Source: Dehalococcoidia bacterium
GTDB lineage: Bacteria; Chloroflexota; Dehalococcoidia; Lucifugimonadales; UBA3495
NCBI GenBank assembly: GCA_965204865.1
Contig: OZ242027.1
Coordinates: forward strand, 935,550-999,549
Direction: 5' to 3'
DNA length: 64,000 nt
Positions within the stretch are counted from its first letter, which is position 1, and each line of letters opens with the position of its first letter. The translations under genes and the position numbers were made by a program. The notes under the pieces are model-generated. The model was given only the letters and a program-made list of their open reading frames with translations. It searched no databases and had not been told where the DNA came from. This document shows positions 1 through 9,143 of this stretch, in pieces.

Positions 1-486
1 CGCTCTCTTGGAAGCCTTGGGCCAACACCGGGGCGGTGTGGGCCATAAGATTGTCCGGGTCGGGGTTGAAACCCATGATGCTGTAGGCCATGGGCGCGAT
101 GCCCCCAATTACGCCCTCGTCGTGCAGTTCCCGCAGGCGGTCCAAGGGGAACATACAGTTGACGTCGCGGTCGGCGTCCACGTGGCTGTAATGGGAGTGG
201 GTGACGGCTAGACTGCGGGTGTCAACGTCCGTGGGAATCTGGCGGTGCGTCCAGTCGCCATGGGCGCTGTCTATGTCGAAGGGAGTGTCGTCGCGCAGGT
301 GAACTCCGCCGGTGGTGAACAGGGAGACCACACACTCCGACAGCGGCTTGCGGAGCGGGGTCCAGTTGACGGTATCGTTGCGAACATCGGCCGTTCCCGT
401 ATGGCCGACCATGATTCGCTCCATCCACTGGTCGAACTTGCGCCGCTCGTCGTCGGTAAAGGGCCACTGGCGGTATTCGGTAGTCA
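1..486 (-). CDS. GrdB-family protein (glycine/sarcosine/betaine reductase component B-like), N-terminal 162 aa; 3' end outside window
   Basis: My own minus-strand translation from ATG 486-484; it is absent from the ORF track because it runs off the edge. Sequence: MTTEYRQWPFTDDERRKF...SLFTTGGVHLRDD...THSHYSHVDADRDVNCMFPLDRLRELHDEGVIGGIAPMAYSIMG. This resembles the GRDB family core as I remember it. No in-frame stop in the visible part. Confidence 0.5.
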
Positions 487-506
487 TTTCAATATGCTCC
501 TCTCGG

Positions 507-529
507 CCATTCCGCGCAAGCGGGAATCC
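507..529. repeat. REP-C copy 1 (palindromic GTCATTCCCGC-N-GCGGGAATGAC type)
   Basis: CCATTCCGCGCAAGCGGGAATCC, intergenic. Confidence 0.7.
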
Positions 530-538
530 ACACCAGGC

Positions 539-1432
539 TCAGACCTGCCTTTGCCGGGGGTCAAGGGCCTCGCGCAGCCAGTCGCCCAGCAGGTTGAAGG
601 ACACCACGATTAACGCCAGCGCGACGCCCGGAATCACGGATACCCACCAGGCGGTGGTGGTGTACTCGCGCCCTTCGGCAATCATCGAACCCCAGGCCGG
701 CGTCGGCGGCGGCACCCCGGCCCCCAGGAAGCTGAGGGATGACTCGATGATGATGACGAATCCTATCTGCAACGTGAGTAGCACCACCATGGTGTTGACG
801 ATGTTGGGGAACAGGTGCACCACAATGATGCGAACACTGGAGCAGCCGGAAACCCGCGCTCTGGCGATGAAGTCCCGCTCCATAAGAATCAGCACCTCGC
901 CGCGAATCACCCGGGCGAATCGCGCCCACAGCACCACCCCGACGGCTATCACCAGGTTGATAATTCCCGCCCCCAATATAACCACCAACATTATGGCGAA
1001 CAGAATGATGGGGAAGGCGATGGTAATGTCCGCCGCCCGCATGATGATTGTATCTATGATCCCCCGGTTGTAGCCGGCGATTAGGCCGAAAATCACCCCG
1101 ATTGCGGCTGAGAGCAGGACAGTAGCGGCAGCCACCATGAGCGACGTACGCGCTCCATAGGCAATGCGGGTTGCCAGGTCCCGGCCCAGCGGATCGGTGC
1201 CCAGCGGATGGCTCCAACTGCCCTCGGCGCTCCATAAGGGTGGAATAAGCCGGTCCCGCAGGCTGACTTCCGTGGATGAATAGGGGGAAATGACGTCGGC
1301 GAAGATGGCCAGCACAACGAAAAAGAGCAGTATGACCAAGGGTATCAGCGGAGCGCGCTTCAGCGCGTCCACCAGCCTGCTCGCCCGTGTGGGTTCCAAC
1401 ACCAGAATTGGCGCTGCTTCTGCCTGAGCCAC
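539..1432 (-). CDS. ABC transporter permease, peptide/opine type (DppC/OppC-like)
   Basis: 297 aa. N-terminal OppC-type segment (ISPY...HPLGTDPLGRD), multiple TM segments, SLSFLGAGVPPPTPAWG loop, C-terminal LGDWLREALDPRQ. Same strand as the upstream permease and SBP. Confidence 0.9.
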   Translation of the reverse strand: MAQAEAAPILVLEPTRASRLVDALKRAPLIPLVILLFFVVLAIFADVISPYSSTEVSLRDRLIPPLWSAEGSWSHPLGTDPLGRDLATRIAYGARTSLMVAAATVLLSAAIGVIFGLIAGYNRGIIDTIIMRAADITIAFPIILFAIMLVVILGAGIINLVIAVGVVLWARFARVIRGEVLILMERDFIARARVSGCSSVRIIVVHLFPNIVNTMVVLLTLQIGFVIIIESSLSFLGAGVPPPTPAWGSMIAEGREYTTTAWWVSVIPGVALALIVVSFNLLGDWLREALDPRQRQV

Positions 1433-1457
1433 TGTCTAGCCGTCCAATCCTCGAAGG

Positions 1458-2375
1458 TTACTCAAACCTGACCCTCGGGTCCAGGTATGCGTACAAAATG
1501 TCCACCAGCAGGTTGACGAAAATCACCAGCGCACCGGTCAAGATGACAAGGGTCTGCACCAAGGGGAAGTCGCGGTTGATTATGCCGTTGAAGACCAGCC
1601 TCCCCAGGCCAGGCCAAGCGAACACCACCTCGACCAGGATTGCCAGGGTTATCAGGGCGGCAATGTAGGTGCCGCCGAAGGTCACGACCGCGATGAGTGA
1701 GTTGCGTAGGGCGTGTTTCCAGATGACCCAGGATTCGGAAAGACCCTTGACCCTGGCGAGCTTGATGTATTCGCTGTCCAGAACGTCCAGCATACTGGAG
1801 CGGAGGAGGCGCATCACCCCGGCAATCAGGAAGAGACTCAGGGTGAAGGCGGGCAGGATGTAGTGGCTAATCCCGCCCATACCCTGGGTAGGCAGCAGGT
1901 CAAGTTGAACGGCGAAAATCTCAATCAGGATTATTCCCAGCCAGAAGGACGGAAGCGACTGCCCCAACACCGCTATTAACTTCGCGCTGGAGTCAATGAT
2001 GGTTCCCTTCTTGACCGCGGCAATAACTCCCAGCGGCACGGCGGTAACCAGTATGAATACTATGGCGGCCCCGGCCAGCTTGACCGAGGGCATTATGCGT
2101 TCAACCACCTGGTCTTTAACGGGTGTGCGGCCTCTTACCGAGCGTCCAAAGTCTCCCTGAAGGAAGTTGCCGACGAATATCCCGTATTGGATTACGACGT
2201 GGCGGTCAAGGCCCAAGGCGCGGCGGATTTCCAGCCGCTGCTCCTCGGTGTTCTGCTCGTCAATGAGCAGATAGGTAGGATCGCCGGTCAGCCGGACAAC
2301 CCCGAACACGATGACCGACAGCAGAAACAGAGCAATTACGGACTGCCCGGTTCGCCTCAGAATGTACTGCTGCAC
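1458..2375 (-). CDS. ABC transporter permease, peptide/opine type (DppB/OppB-like)
   Basis: 305 aa. MQQYILRR start and DILYAYLDPRVRFE end are typical of DppB-type permeases. Hydrophobic throughout. Confidence 0.9.
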   Translation of the reverse strand: MQQYILRRTGQSVIALFLLSVIVFGVVRLTGDPTYLLIDEQNTEEQRLEIRRALGLDRHVVIQYGIFVGNFLQGDFGRSVRGRTPVKDQVVERIMPSVKLAGAAIVFILVTAVPLGVIAAVKKGTIIDSSAKLIAVLGQSLPSFWLGIILIEIFAVQLDLLPTQGMGGISHYILPAFTLSLFLIAGVMRLLRSSMLDVLDSEYIKLARVKGLSESWVIWKHALRNSLIAVVTFGGTYIAALITLAILVEVVFAWPGLGRLVFNGIINRDFPLVQTLVILTGALVIFVNLLVDILYAYLDPRVRFE

Positions 2376-2404
2376 TGCTTCCTCGCATCAAGGCGCGGAA
2401 ATAG

Positions 2405-2463
2405 GTGGACGAAATTTCCACCAAGAAAATAAGCCAGACCTCCGGGGGAAATCCCCGGAGGTC
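2405..2463 (-). terminator. Two tandem intercistronic hairpins between the SBP and permease genes (attenuator/partial terminator)
   Basis: GACCTCCGGGG-GAAAT-CCCCGGAGGTC (2437-2463) and GGTGGA-CGAAATT-TCCACC (2405-2423). On the minus strand each is followed by a T-rich run. Confidence 0.45.
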
Positions 2464-2483
2464 ATAAATCCGTGCCCGCTATA

Positions 2484-4238
2484 CTAGCGGCGGCGAACCA
2501 GATCGAGGTAGTTGGCCTCCCATGAGCGCCAAGCTCGATCCCAGTCAGCGTGAATCCGGTCGCTGCCGGCGTAGGACACGTCCAGGTTGGCCACCGGCAG
2601 GTGGATGTAATTGTCATAGATGTAGTCGTACACGGCCAGGAAGCGCCGTTCCGCCTCCACCGGGTCCAGGGTTTCCTGCATCGCCTCGATGGTGGCGTCG
2701 AAAGCCGGGTCCTCGGCGCTGCGCCCCTGTCCTTCTGAATGCTCCAGGCCGAACATCAGCCCGGCGAACCCGGGGAATGGACGGTTGGGGGCGTCCAGAT
2801 AGGTCATGGTGTTGGACAAATTGAAGGCCAGTCGCTCGGCGATAGACGTGGCTGAGTCAATTGGCTGAATGGTCACGTCTATGCCTATTGCCTCGAAGTA
2901 TCCGGCCATTGCCTCCACCATTCGCGGGCCTTCGGGCGCGTCCGGTCGCGGGTATGAGTGCATCGTTATGGAGAACCCGTCTCCGTAGCCCGCCTCTTCC
3001 AACAGGGCGCGCGCTCCGTCTGGGTCATAGGGGTACGGGTCTTTCTTGGGTCCCCACCGGTCCCAGCCGCCATATACCTCACCCGACAGCGGCATTGGGT
3101 AAACGATACCGGGGCTGCCCCGCCCGGCGAATATGAACTCCACCATCTCGTCGCGGTCGATGGCTATGTTCATAGCCTTACGAACGCGAATATCCGCCCA
3201 GGGTACGTCTTCCCACATCTGGTGGAAGTAGAACCCGATAATCGCCTGCCCTGGTCGCGGGTACACCCGGAATCCTGCTTCCTCGATTTCCGTGACCCGT
3301 TCCCGGGAAAGGTTGATGACGTCTACCTCCCCCGCCTTCAGAGCCGCTATGCGGGTGCTCTCTTCGGGGATGGTCTTGATTAGCACCGACTCCCACAGCG
3401 GCACTCCTTCCCGCCAGTGTTCGCCCCAATACGTCATTTCAATGAAGTCGCCTTTCAGGTGGTCAGTCCACTGGTAGACGCCGGTGTGTATTGGGTTGCG
3501 GACGTACTCGTCCTCTCCCACTGCCTCGTAGTGGCTCTTGTCCACCGGCACGCCCAAGTTGCCCTGCGCGTCGGTCAGGTCCCAGTCCAGGAATATCTGC
3601 GGCTTGCTCATGTGAACCATGAACTCGTAGTCATTGAGCAACTCGAGACCGTCTTCCTTGATGCAGCAAAGGAGCTGATTTTTGTAGGAAGCGGGCGCCT
3701 CCGGGATGATCATCGACTGGTCTAAGGCGAACTTGATGTCCTCGGCAAGAAACTCTTCCCCATTCTGGAAGGGAATGTCTTCCTTGACGCGGAACGTCCA
3801 AGTCATGCCGTCGGCAGCCATCTCCCACGACTCGGCCAGCCCGGTTTCGGTGGAAAGCTGGGCGTCGTCGGTGGTGCCTATCAGGTAGTCCCAGATGAAG
3901 CGTCCGTAGTTCTTGGCGAAGGCGATTTCCTGCCAGGGTATCGGCACCTCATTGCCATAGCTGGTCAGGCCCAGCACCAGTTGGCCTTCCGGCTCTTCCG
4001 CCATCATGGCCGGGGGCGCTTCGGTCGGCTCAGCCGCCGCCGTCGGTACGGCGGTAGGCTGGGCGGGAGCGGCAGTAGGCGCCGCCGTTGCCGCTGGCGC
4101 CTGCGCCGCAGCGGTAGTTGCCGTCGGTTCCGGGGCATCGGTGGCCGCTCCGCCGCAGGCCGCCAGCAGGGCCAGCGCAAATATGGCCGCTATTGGCAGC
4201 AACAGTCGCCAGTTGGAGATTTTAGCGATAGTTGTCAT
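2484..4238 (-). CDS. ABC transporter substrate-binding lipoprotein, family 5 (peptide/nickel/opine type)
   Basis: 584 aa. Signal peptide with lipobox LLAACGG, then a P/A/T-rich linker, then a family-5 SBP core (LAESWEMAADGMTWTFRVKEDIPFQNGEEF...). Confidence 0.9.
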   Translation of the reverse strand: MTTIAKISNWRLLLPIAAIFALALLAACGGAATDAPEPTATTAAAQAPAATAAPTAAPAQPTAVPTAAAEPTEAPPAMMAEEPEGQLVLGLTSYGNEVPIPWQEIAFAKNYGRFIWDYLIGTTDDAQLSTETGLAESWEMAADGMTWTFRVKEDIPFQNGEEFLAEDIKFALDQSMIIPEAPASYKNQLLCCIKEDGLELLNDYEFMVHMSKPQIFLDWDLTDAQGNLGVPVDKSHYEAVGEDEYVRNPIHTGVYQWTDHLKGDFIEMTYWGEHWREGVPLWESVLIKTIPEESTRIAALKAGEVDVINLSRERVTEIEEAGFRVYPRPGQAIIGFYFHQMWEDVPWADIRVRKAMNIAIDRDEMVEFIFAGRGSPGIVYPMPLSGEVYGGWDRWGPKKDPYPYDPDGARALLEEAGYGDGFSITMHSYPRPDAPEGPRMVEAMAGYFEAIGIDVTIQPIDSATSIAERLAFNLSNTMTYLDAPNRPFPGFAGLMFGLEHSEGQGRSAEDPAFDATIEAMQETLDPVEAERRFLAVYDYIYDNYIHLPVANLDVSYAGSDRIHADWDRAWRSWEANYLDLVRRR

Positions 4239-4282
4239 GTATCCCCTCTGAGCGCTCCTTCAGTGTCTGAATGATGCCGACA

Positions 4283-4310
4283 ATGATAATCTTGCGAGTC
4301 CGGTTGTCAA
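4283..4310 (-). promoter_or_regulatory. Putative sigma70-type promoter of the SBP-permease-permease operon
   Basis: On the minus strand: TTGACA (4310-4305), 16-nt spacer, TATCAT (4288-4283). About 40 nt upstream of the SBP start. Confidence 0.4.
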
Positions 4311-4436
4311 TACCTAGTTGTCAAATGGTTGTAATTCGTCACAAGGCGAACATTGAGTGCCGTTTTTGCCGCTCAGTTACAGTAGGTCAGGATATACTTT
4401 AAAGTGGAGTGGACATCAGAGCAGGAGGGCCTATCA

Positions 4437-4832
4437 ATGCAATACCACATAAATCACGTTCACGTGCGGGCGCAGGACCCCCACGCTTCGGCGGAGTGGT
4501 ACGAAAAGTATTTCAACGCCAGGAAGTTGTGGGCCCGCGAAATCATGCCCGGCACCGTTACCGTCAGCATGGAAGTGGGCGGCCCGGTGCGGCTCAACAT
4601 TTCCTCCAAGCCGGCCGGAACCTCCGATGAGCGCAGCGTCGCCGAGCTGAACCGGCTGGGGCTGGAGCATTTCGGGTTTGACGTGGAAGACCTGGAGTCG
4701 GAACTGGCGCGTTTGGAGGCAGACGGCATCCGGGTGGTGCTGCCCCTGACCAAGACGCCCACCGGTTCGCAACTAGCCTACATCGAAGGCCCGGACGACG
4801 TGCTGATCGAGTTGGTGCAGCCCGTGCGCTGA
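4437..4832 (+). CDS. VOC/glyoxalase-family protein
   Basis: MQYHINHVHVRAQD...LGLEHFGFDVEDLE...GPDDVLIELVQ is a glyoxalase/bleomycin-resistance-type fold signature. ATG 4437 follows GCAGGAGGG at good spacing; the track's GTG 4404 is less likely. Confidence 0.75.
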   Translation: MQYHINHVHVRAQDPHASAEWYEKYFNARKLWAREIMPGTVTVSMEVGGPVRLNISSKPAGTSDERSVAELNRLGLEHFGFDVEDLESELARLEADGIRVVLPLTKTPTGSQLAYIEGPDDVLIELVQPVR

Positions 4833-4840
4833 GGGGGACG

Positions 4841-4874
4841 CCCCACCCTAACCCTCCCCCAGAGGGAGAGGGAA
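4841..4874 (+). repeat. REP-A copy 1 (consensus CCCTCACCCTAACCCTCTCCCAGAGGGAGAGGGAA)
   Basis: CCCCACCCTAACCCTCCCCCAGAGGGAGAGGGAA, between the convergent VOC and LLM genes. Confidence 0.8.
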
Positions 4875-4887
4875 CAAATGGAAGAGG

Positions 4888-5970
4888 CTAATCCGCGAAC
4901 TGCGGCATAACTTCAGTGGCGAAAAGCTCCAAAGAGTCCAGCACCTTCTGATGCTCGATGCCGCCGAAGTTTACGAAGAATATCAGGTTCTCTACGCCTG
5001 AATCGCGTAGCCGCCCGATACGCTCGGCGATGTCGTCGGGGCTGCCAAAGAGCATCACGTTGTCGCACATGGCGCCGTAGTCGAACCTGGCATCCGGCGA
5101 GTAGCGGCTGCGATAGGCCGCGTATTCCTCGGGCAGCAGGTCAACCCGCTGGTCGGGCGGGGCACTGACCTCCTGCCCAGTCTGCTTGAACCACATGAAA
5201 GGGACTTCAGCCTCGCGCCGCGCCTGCTCCGTGGTTGGCGCGGCGTACATGGCCCGCGCCACTACCACCCGCTGCGTGCCAGCCCCACGGCCTGAGTGAT
5301 AAGGAAGTTCCGCCTCGGCCTCGGCCAGAGCGTCTTGATAGAATTCTATCTGCCCGGCCACCTGCCCGTAGGTCTCGCCCTGTCCGATGAGCAGGTTCCA
5401 GTCGTTGCGCACCACCCGGGCCACGCTGTCGGCCCCCGAGGCCGCCACGTACACCGGCGGATGCGGCTGTTGCACCGGGCGGGGCAGCACCGTCAGGTCG
5501 TTGAAGCTCCAGAACTCGCCCCGGTGGTCGAAAGGCTCGACCGAGGTCCAGGCGCGGGTCAGCACATCCATTGATTCCTCGAACCGGCGGCTGGCCTCGT
5601 CCATCGGTATTCCCATCCGATGGAACTCACCCCACTGGTAGCCGCGCCCCACACCCAGGTCCAAACGTCCGTTGCTGAGCACGTCCACGGTGGCTGTCTC
5701 TTCAGCCAGCCTTACCGGATTGTGAAAGGGCAGCACGGTCACCGCAGTCCCCAACCGGATGGTGTCGGTGATGCCGGCTAGGTAAGCCAATACGGACGTG
5801 GTGGCCGACACGATGCCGTGGCGGGTGAAGTGGTGCTCGGTGAACCAGACGGAACTATAACCCAGCCGCTCGGCGTGGAGAACCTGCTCCAGGGCCTCGC
5901 GGTAGTAGCGGGCCTGCTCGGAAGGGTCGGGGAGTTGCACTGAGTGAAAGAGGCCGAACTTCATTGACAA
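4888..5970 (-). CDS. LLM-class (luciferase-like) flavin-dependent oxidoreductase
   Basis: 360 aa. MKFGLFHSVQ...AERLGYSSVWFTEHHF... is a typical LLM N-terminus, and the length fits. Confidence 0.9.
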   Translation of the reverse strand: MSMKFGLFHSVQLPDPSEQARYYREALEQVLHAERLGYSSVWFTEHHFTRHGIVSATTSVLAYLAGITDTIRLGTAVTVLPFHNPVRLAEETATVDVLSNGRLDLGVGRGYQWGEFHRMGIPMDEASRRFEESMDVLTRAWTSVEPFDHRGEFWSFNDLTVLPRPVQQPHPPVYVAASGADSVARVVRNDWNLLIGQGETYGQVAGQIEFYQDALAEAEAELPYHSGRGAGTQRVVVARAMYAAPTTEQARREAEVPFMWFKQTGQEVSAPPDQRVDLLPEEYAAYRSRYSPDARFDYGAMCDNVMLFGSPDDIAERIGRLRDSGVENLIFFVNFGGIEHQKVLDSLELFATEVMPQFAD

Positions 5971-6056
5971 TCTCTACCTAGTTCAAGGGATAGACGTCGG
6001 CTCAAGCTGCGTTGGTGAAGATAGTTAAATCGCCTGTCCTGCCGCTCTAATTCGGG

Positions 6057-6416
6057 CTACAGAGGTATGCTGTCCAGAGGGATCAGCCGCCGCTCCACCG
6101 GGTCAACGGCCAGCCGCAGGGTTTCCAGGGCCAAAGAACCCAGAAGCGGGGTGGTATAGTCGTCGTTGAAGGCCACGAGTGTAATGACCTCACGTCCGTT
6201 CAGCCTGAGCCAGACATGGCCGACGTCCATAGTTATTGTTCTGCCGTCGGCCATCCGCACGTTCTCGGTGAAGCTGGGCTCTACTCCTATGGCTCGCAAA
6301 AGGGACCCAGGCACAGACATCATGAAAGCGCCGGTGTCCACTGTAACCGACAAATCTTCCCCTTGCCGCCGCTCGATATTGACAATCGAGACCCCAACAT
6401 TGAAAACACCCATCAA
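6057..6416 (-). CDS. Small retropepsin-like (clan AA) aspartic protease-fold protein
   Basis: 119 aa single domain with a VDTGA catalytic-type motif. Paralogue of 8745..9116; both share the C-terminus LLG.LALE...LAVDPV...LIP. Confidence 0.65.
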   Translation of the reverse strand: MMGVFNVGVSIVNIERRQGEDLSVTVDTGAFMMSVPGSLLRAIGVEPSFTENVRMADGRTITMDVGHVWLRLNGREVITLVAFNDDYTTPLLGSLALETLRLAVDPVERRLIPLDSIPL

Positions 6417-6469
6417 CGAATCCTCATTCCTGAGCTATTGACCACTTTTCCAGCCAATGTCATTCCCGT

Positions 6470-8023
6470 CTAACTCCCGGCCACCCAATCCGCCACCCGC
6501 TCGCCAATCATTATGGCGGTGGCGTTGGTGTTGGCGCGGGTCACCTGGGGCATGATGGACGAGTCGGCCACCCACAGGCCGCTGACGCCCCGGACGCGGC
6601 ACTGCTGGTCGGTGACCGCCATGCCATCGCCGTCCGGCCCGATGCGACAGGTGCCGGAAACGTGGCGGGAGCTGCCCAGGGTCTGGCGAATCCAGCTATC
6701 CAGCTCGCCGTCATTGGCTAGAATCTCGTCGGTAGGAGCGATGCGGCCCTCTGAGATGCCCTGGTATGCGTCGGATTCCAGGATGCTGCACGCCAGCTTC
6801 ACCGCGTCGCGCATCCGGCGCATATCGTTCTCGTTGTGCAGGTAGCGGTAGTTGATGGACGGCTGAACGGCCGGATCGGAAGACTGCAACCGCACCCAGC
6901 CCGAGCCGTCGGGCAGTTCCAGGGCGCAGGCGATGCGGGCCGTTCCCGACGGCACCATTTCGCCGGTCATAATGTTCCAGACGGCCAGTGTGTGCAGCAT
7001 CACGTCGTTGGGGTGGGATGGCGGCTCCGAGGTGACTCGCAAACCGAAGCGCAGGGCCTCGGCGTTGGCTGTCAACTTGACGTCTTCATTCACCTGGAAG
7101 GTCACGGACCCCATGGGGTGGTTGAACAGGTTTTGCCCCACGCCGGGCGATTCCACCAGCACCGGGACGCCGTGCTCTTCCAACTGATCGCGGGGCCCGA
7201 CCCCTGAAAGCATCAGGATATGGGGCGACTTGAGGGCGCCGGCACACAGCACTACCCGGTCGCACGTCACGGTGAATATCTCACCACCGCTCTCCGCCTC
7301 GACGCCCATCACCTGCCATTCCCGCTCATCCTGAGCTTGTCGAAGGATGACGCGGCGGACGAAGACGTTCCCGCGTATCGTCAGGTTCAACCTGTGCCGG
7401 ACTGGTGTGAGGTGGGTGATGTTGGTGCTCATCCGCCAGCCGCTGCGGTTGTTCATGGGGATGGCGCCGATGCCGCCGGAGTTGGGGCCGTTGAGGTCGT
7501 GGTTGGGCGGGTAGCCGCGCTCCATGCACGCTTGGTAGAAGGCCCGCTGTACTTCCGGCCATTCTTCGTTTTCCCGGCGCACTATGGGCAGCGGGCCGTC
7601 GGTACCGTGGAAGTCGTCCTGGATATCCATGTCGGTCTCGGACCTGCGGTAGTAGGGCAACACCTTCAGGTAGCCCCATTCGTCGTTGCCGAAGGACTCC
7701 CATCGCTCGAAGTCCTCGGGCAGTCCGCGCAGGAACACCTGCCCGTTGATGGAACCCGAACCGCCGATGACCTTGCCCTGCGCGATGTTGATTTCGCCCT
7801 GCTGGTCGTTGATGACGCCGCGCAGGTTCCAGGATATGTCTGAACCGATGGCCTCCCCCTCGGAGGAGTGACCATTACGCACCGGCTCCGGTAAGAATTC
7901 AGGGTCCGGGTAGTCGGACCCTGCCTCCAGCAGCAGCACCGAACGCTGCGGGTCTTCCGAGAGCCGGCTGGCAATCACCGACCCTGCCGAACCGCCGCCA
8001 ACTACGATAACGTCGTACTTCAT
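6470..8023 (-). CDS. GMC-family oxidoreductase (choline/alcohol dehydrogenase-like)
   Basis: 517 aa. MKYDVIVVGGGSAGS FAD-binding start and a C-terminal GTCRIG...VADSSIMP...NTNATAIMIGER signature. Carries the REP-B element in-frame (VILRQAQDERE). Confidence 0.9.
   Translation of the reverse strand: MKYDVIVVGGGSAGSVIASRLSEDPQRSVLLLEAGSDYPDPEFLPEPVRNGHSSEGEAIGSDISWNLRGVINDQQGEINIAQGKVIGGSGSINGQVFLRGLPEDFERWESFGNDEWGYLKVLPYYRRSETDMDIQDDFHGTDGPLPIVRRENEEWPEVQRAFYQACMERGYPPNHDLNGPNSGGIGAIPMNNRSGWRMSTNITHLTPVRHRLNLTIRGNVFVRRVILRQAQDEREWQVMGVEAESGGEIFTVTCDRVVLCAGALKSPHILMLSGVGPRDQLEEHGVPVLVESPGVGQNLFNHPMGSVTFQVNEDVKLTANAEALRFGLRVTSEPPSHPNDVMLHTLAVWNIMTGEMVPSGTARIACALELPDGSGWVRLQSSDPAVQPSINYRYLHNENDMRRMRDAVKLACSILESDAYQGISEGRIAPTDEILANDGELDSWIRQTLGSSRHVSGTCRIGPDGDGMAVTDQQCRVRGVSGLWVADSSIMPQVTRANTNATAIMIGERVADWVAGS
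7326..7350 (+). repeat. REP-B copy 1 (consensus GTCATYCTGAGCTTGTCGAAGRATG), inside the GMC CDS
   Basis: TCATCCTGAGCTTGTCGAAGGATGA, read on the coding (minus) strand as ILRQAQDE. Confidence 0.85.
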
Positions 8024-8203
8024 AGCTGTTCCTCAATAATGCAACAATGTCGCGCCGATTCTACACCCTTCCGCCGTTCCGGGCTATGCGGGCCGGGAGC
8101 GCTAGCGAGTCGACATCCCGTTGACGATGTTCTGCCCGCTGACTATGATTGCCCGCACTGGCACCCTAGATATATCGGGAAGACTTTCCCGCGAGGTTGC
8201 AAG

Positions 8204-8737
8204 ATGATTACCGACCTGCCGACGCTGCTTCGTTACTTCGACCGCTTCCACCAGCGCACGGTGCGGGACATCCTGGCGCTGCCCCCGGAGGCCGACGGCT
8301 GGCGGCCGCCCCGGGGAGAGGGGGAGAAGGCTTGGAACATCAATGAAATCGTGCATCACATCGCCGAGTCCCGCCTCTACTTCGCCAGCGCCTACTGCGA
8401 CCGGGGCTGGCTCTACGACTGGCCCGTTCCCAGCACCGAGCGGCAATCGGACTGGATTCCGGCTATCGAGGCCTCCTTTGAGGAGTTCCACCGCCGCCTC
8501 GACGACAGCCCCCCGGAGTGGCTGCAACGCCGGGTCAAGATGATAGACACCGATGGGATGCTGAGCGGGTGGCGCATAATGATGATGCTGTTCGAGCACG
8601 AGGTGCATCACCGGAGCCAGATAGACACCTATGCGGGGTTGGAAGGGTGGGACGTGCCGCACATCTACGGCCGGTCACGCGAGAGCATAGACGATTTGCA
8701 GGAGGAGCAGCGCAAGCGGGCGGGGTTGGAAACTTAG
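8204..8737 (+). CDS. DinB-family (DinB/YfiT-like metal-dependent) protein
   Basis: MITDLPTLLRYFDRFHQRT...IVHHIAESRLYF...FEHEVHHRSQ has His-rich helix-bundle motifs typical of DinB-like proteins. ATG 8204 chosen over the upstream track start. Confidence 0.7.
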   Translation: MITDLPTLLRYFDRFHQRTVRDILALPPEADGWRPPRGEGEKAWNINEIVHHIAESRLYFASAYCDRGWLYDWPVPSTERQSDWIPAIEASFEEFHRRLDDSPPEWLQRRVKMIDTDGMLSGWRIMMMLFEHEVHHRSQIDTYAGLEGWDVPHIYGRSRESIDDLQEEQRKRAGLET

Positions 8738-8744
8738 CAGAAGT

Positions 8745-9116
8745 TTAGAGAGGGAAGCCGGTCATTAGAAGACCTTCGACCGGGATTAGCTTCTGTCCGA
8801 CCGGATCAACAGCCAGGAACGCGCCTTCGAGTGCCAAGGCGCCCAACAGCGCTGGAGTTCCCTCTTCGTTGAATACGAACTGAGTAGTGAACTCCTTTCC
8901 TGCGAGCCTGATACGGGTCTCTCCGAAAGGCATTTCCCGTACTTCCCCCTGAGCGAACCGAAACCGCTCCGTATACAGCGGCCTCACGCCCAAGTCTTGC
9001 AGGACGCTGGCCGCGACGGAAGTTAGGGATGCGCCAGTGTCCACCAACGCCTCTATCTGCTGCCAACGCTGACCTTGCGCATCCCCTACGCTGATTTCGA
9101 CGTAGAACGTTCCCAT
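8745..9116 (-). CDS. Small retropepsin-like (clan AA) aspartic protease-fold protein
   Basis: 123 aa with a VDTGAS motif. Paralogue of 6057..6416. Lies 27 nt downstream of 9144..9620 on the same strand. Confidence 0.65.
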   Translation of the reverse strand: MGTFYVEISVGDAQGQRWQQIEALVDTGASLTSVAASVLQDLGVRPLYTERFRFAQGEVREMPFGETRIRLAGKEFTTQFVFNEEGTPALLGALALEGAFLAVDPVGQKLIPVEGLLMTGFPL

Positions 9117-9143
9117 AGTTCCGGCAACCTGCTATTCGGGATG

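Noticed and set aside
1-486. Selenocysteine codon in the GrdB-family gene.
   Set aside because: The visible 162 codons contain no in-frame TGA. The region where GrdB selenoproteins carry Sec would lie outside the window, so nothing can be said.
3950-4160. Pro/Ala/Thr-rich low-complexity tracts at the 5' ends of all nine binding-protein genes, considered as possible separate repeat proteins or collagen-like genes. Other examples are at 15700-15880, 48900-49180 and 62780-63030.
   Set aside because: They directly follow lipobox signal peptides and precede the SBP cores in the same frame. They are flexible tethers of membrane-anchored lipoproteins, not separate features.
8305-8330. GGGGAGAGGGGGAGAAGG inside the DinB-like gene (read PRGEGEK), considered as a degenerate REP-A copy.
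   Set aside because: It lacks the TTAGGGTGAGGG flank and the complementary hairpin arm. It is most likely chance similarity in GC-rich coding sequence.
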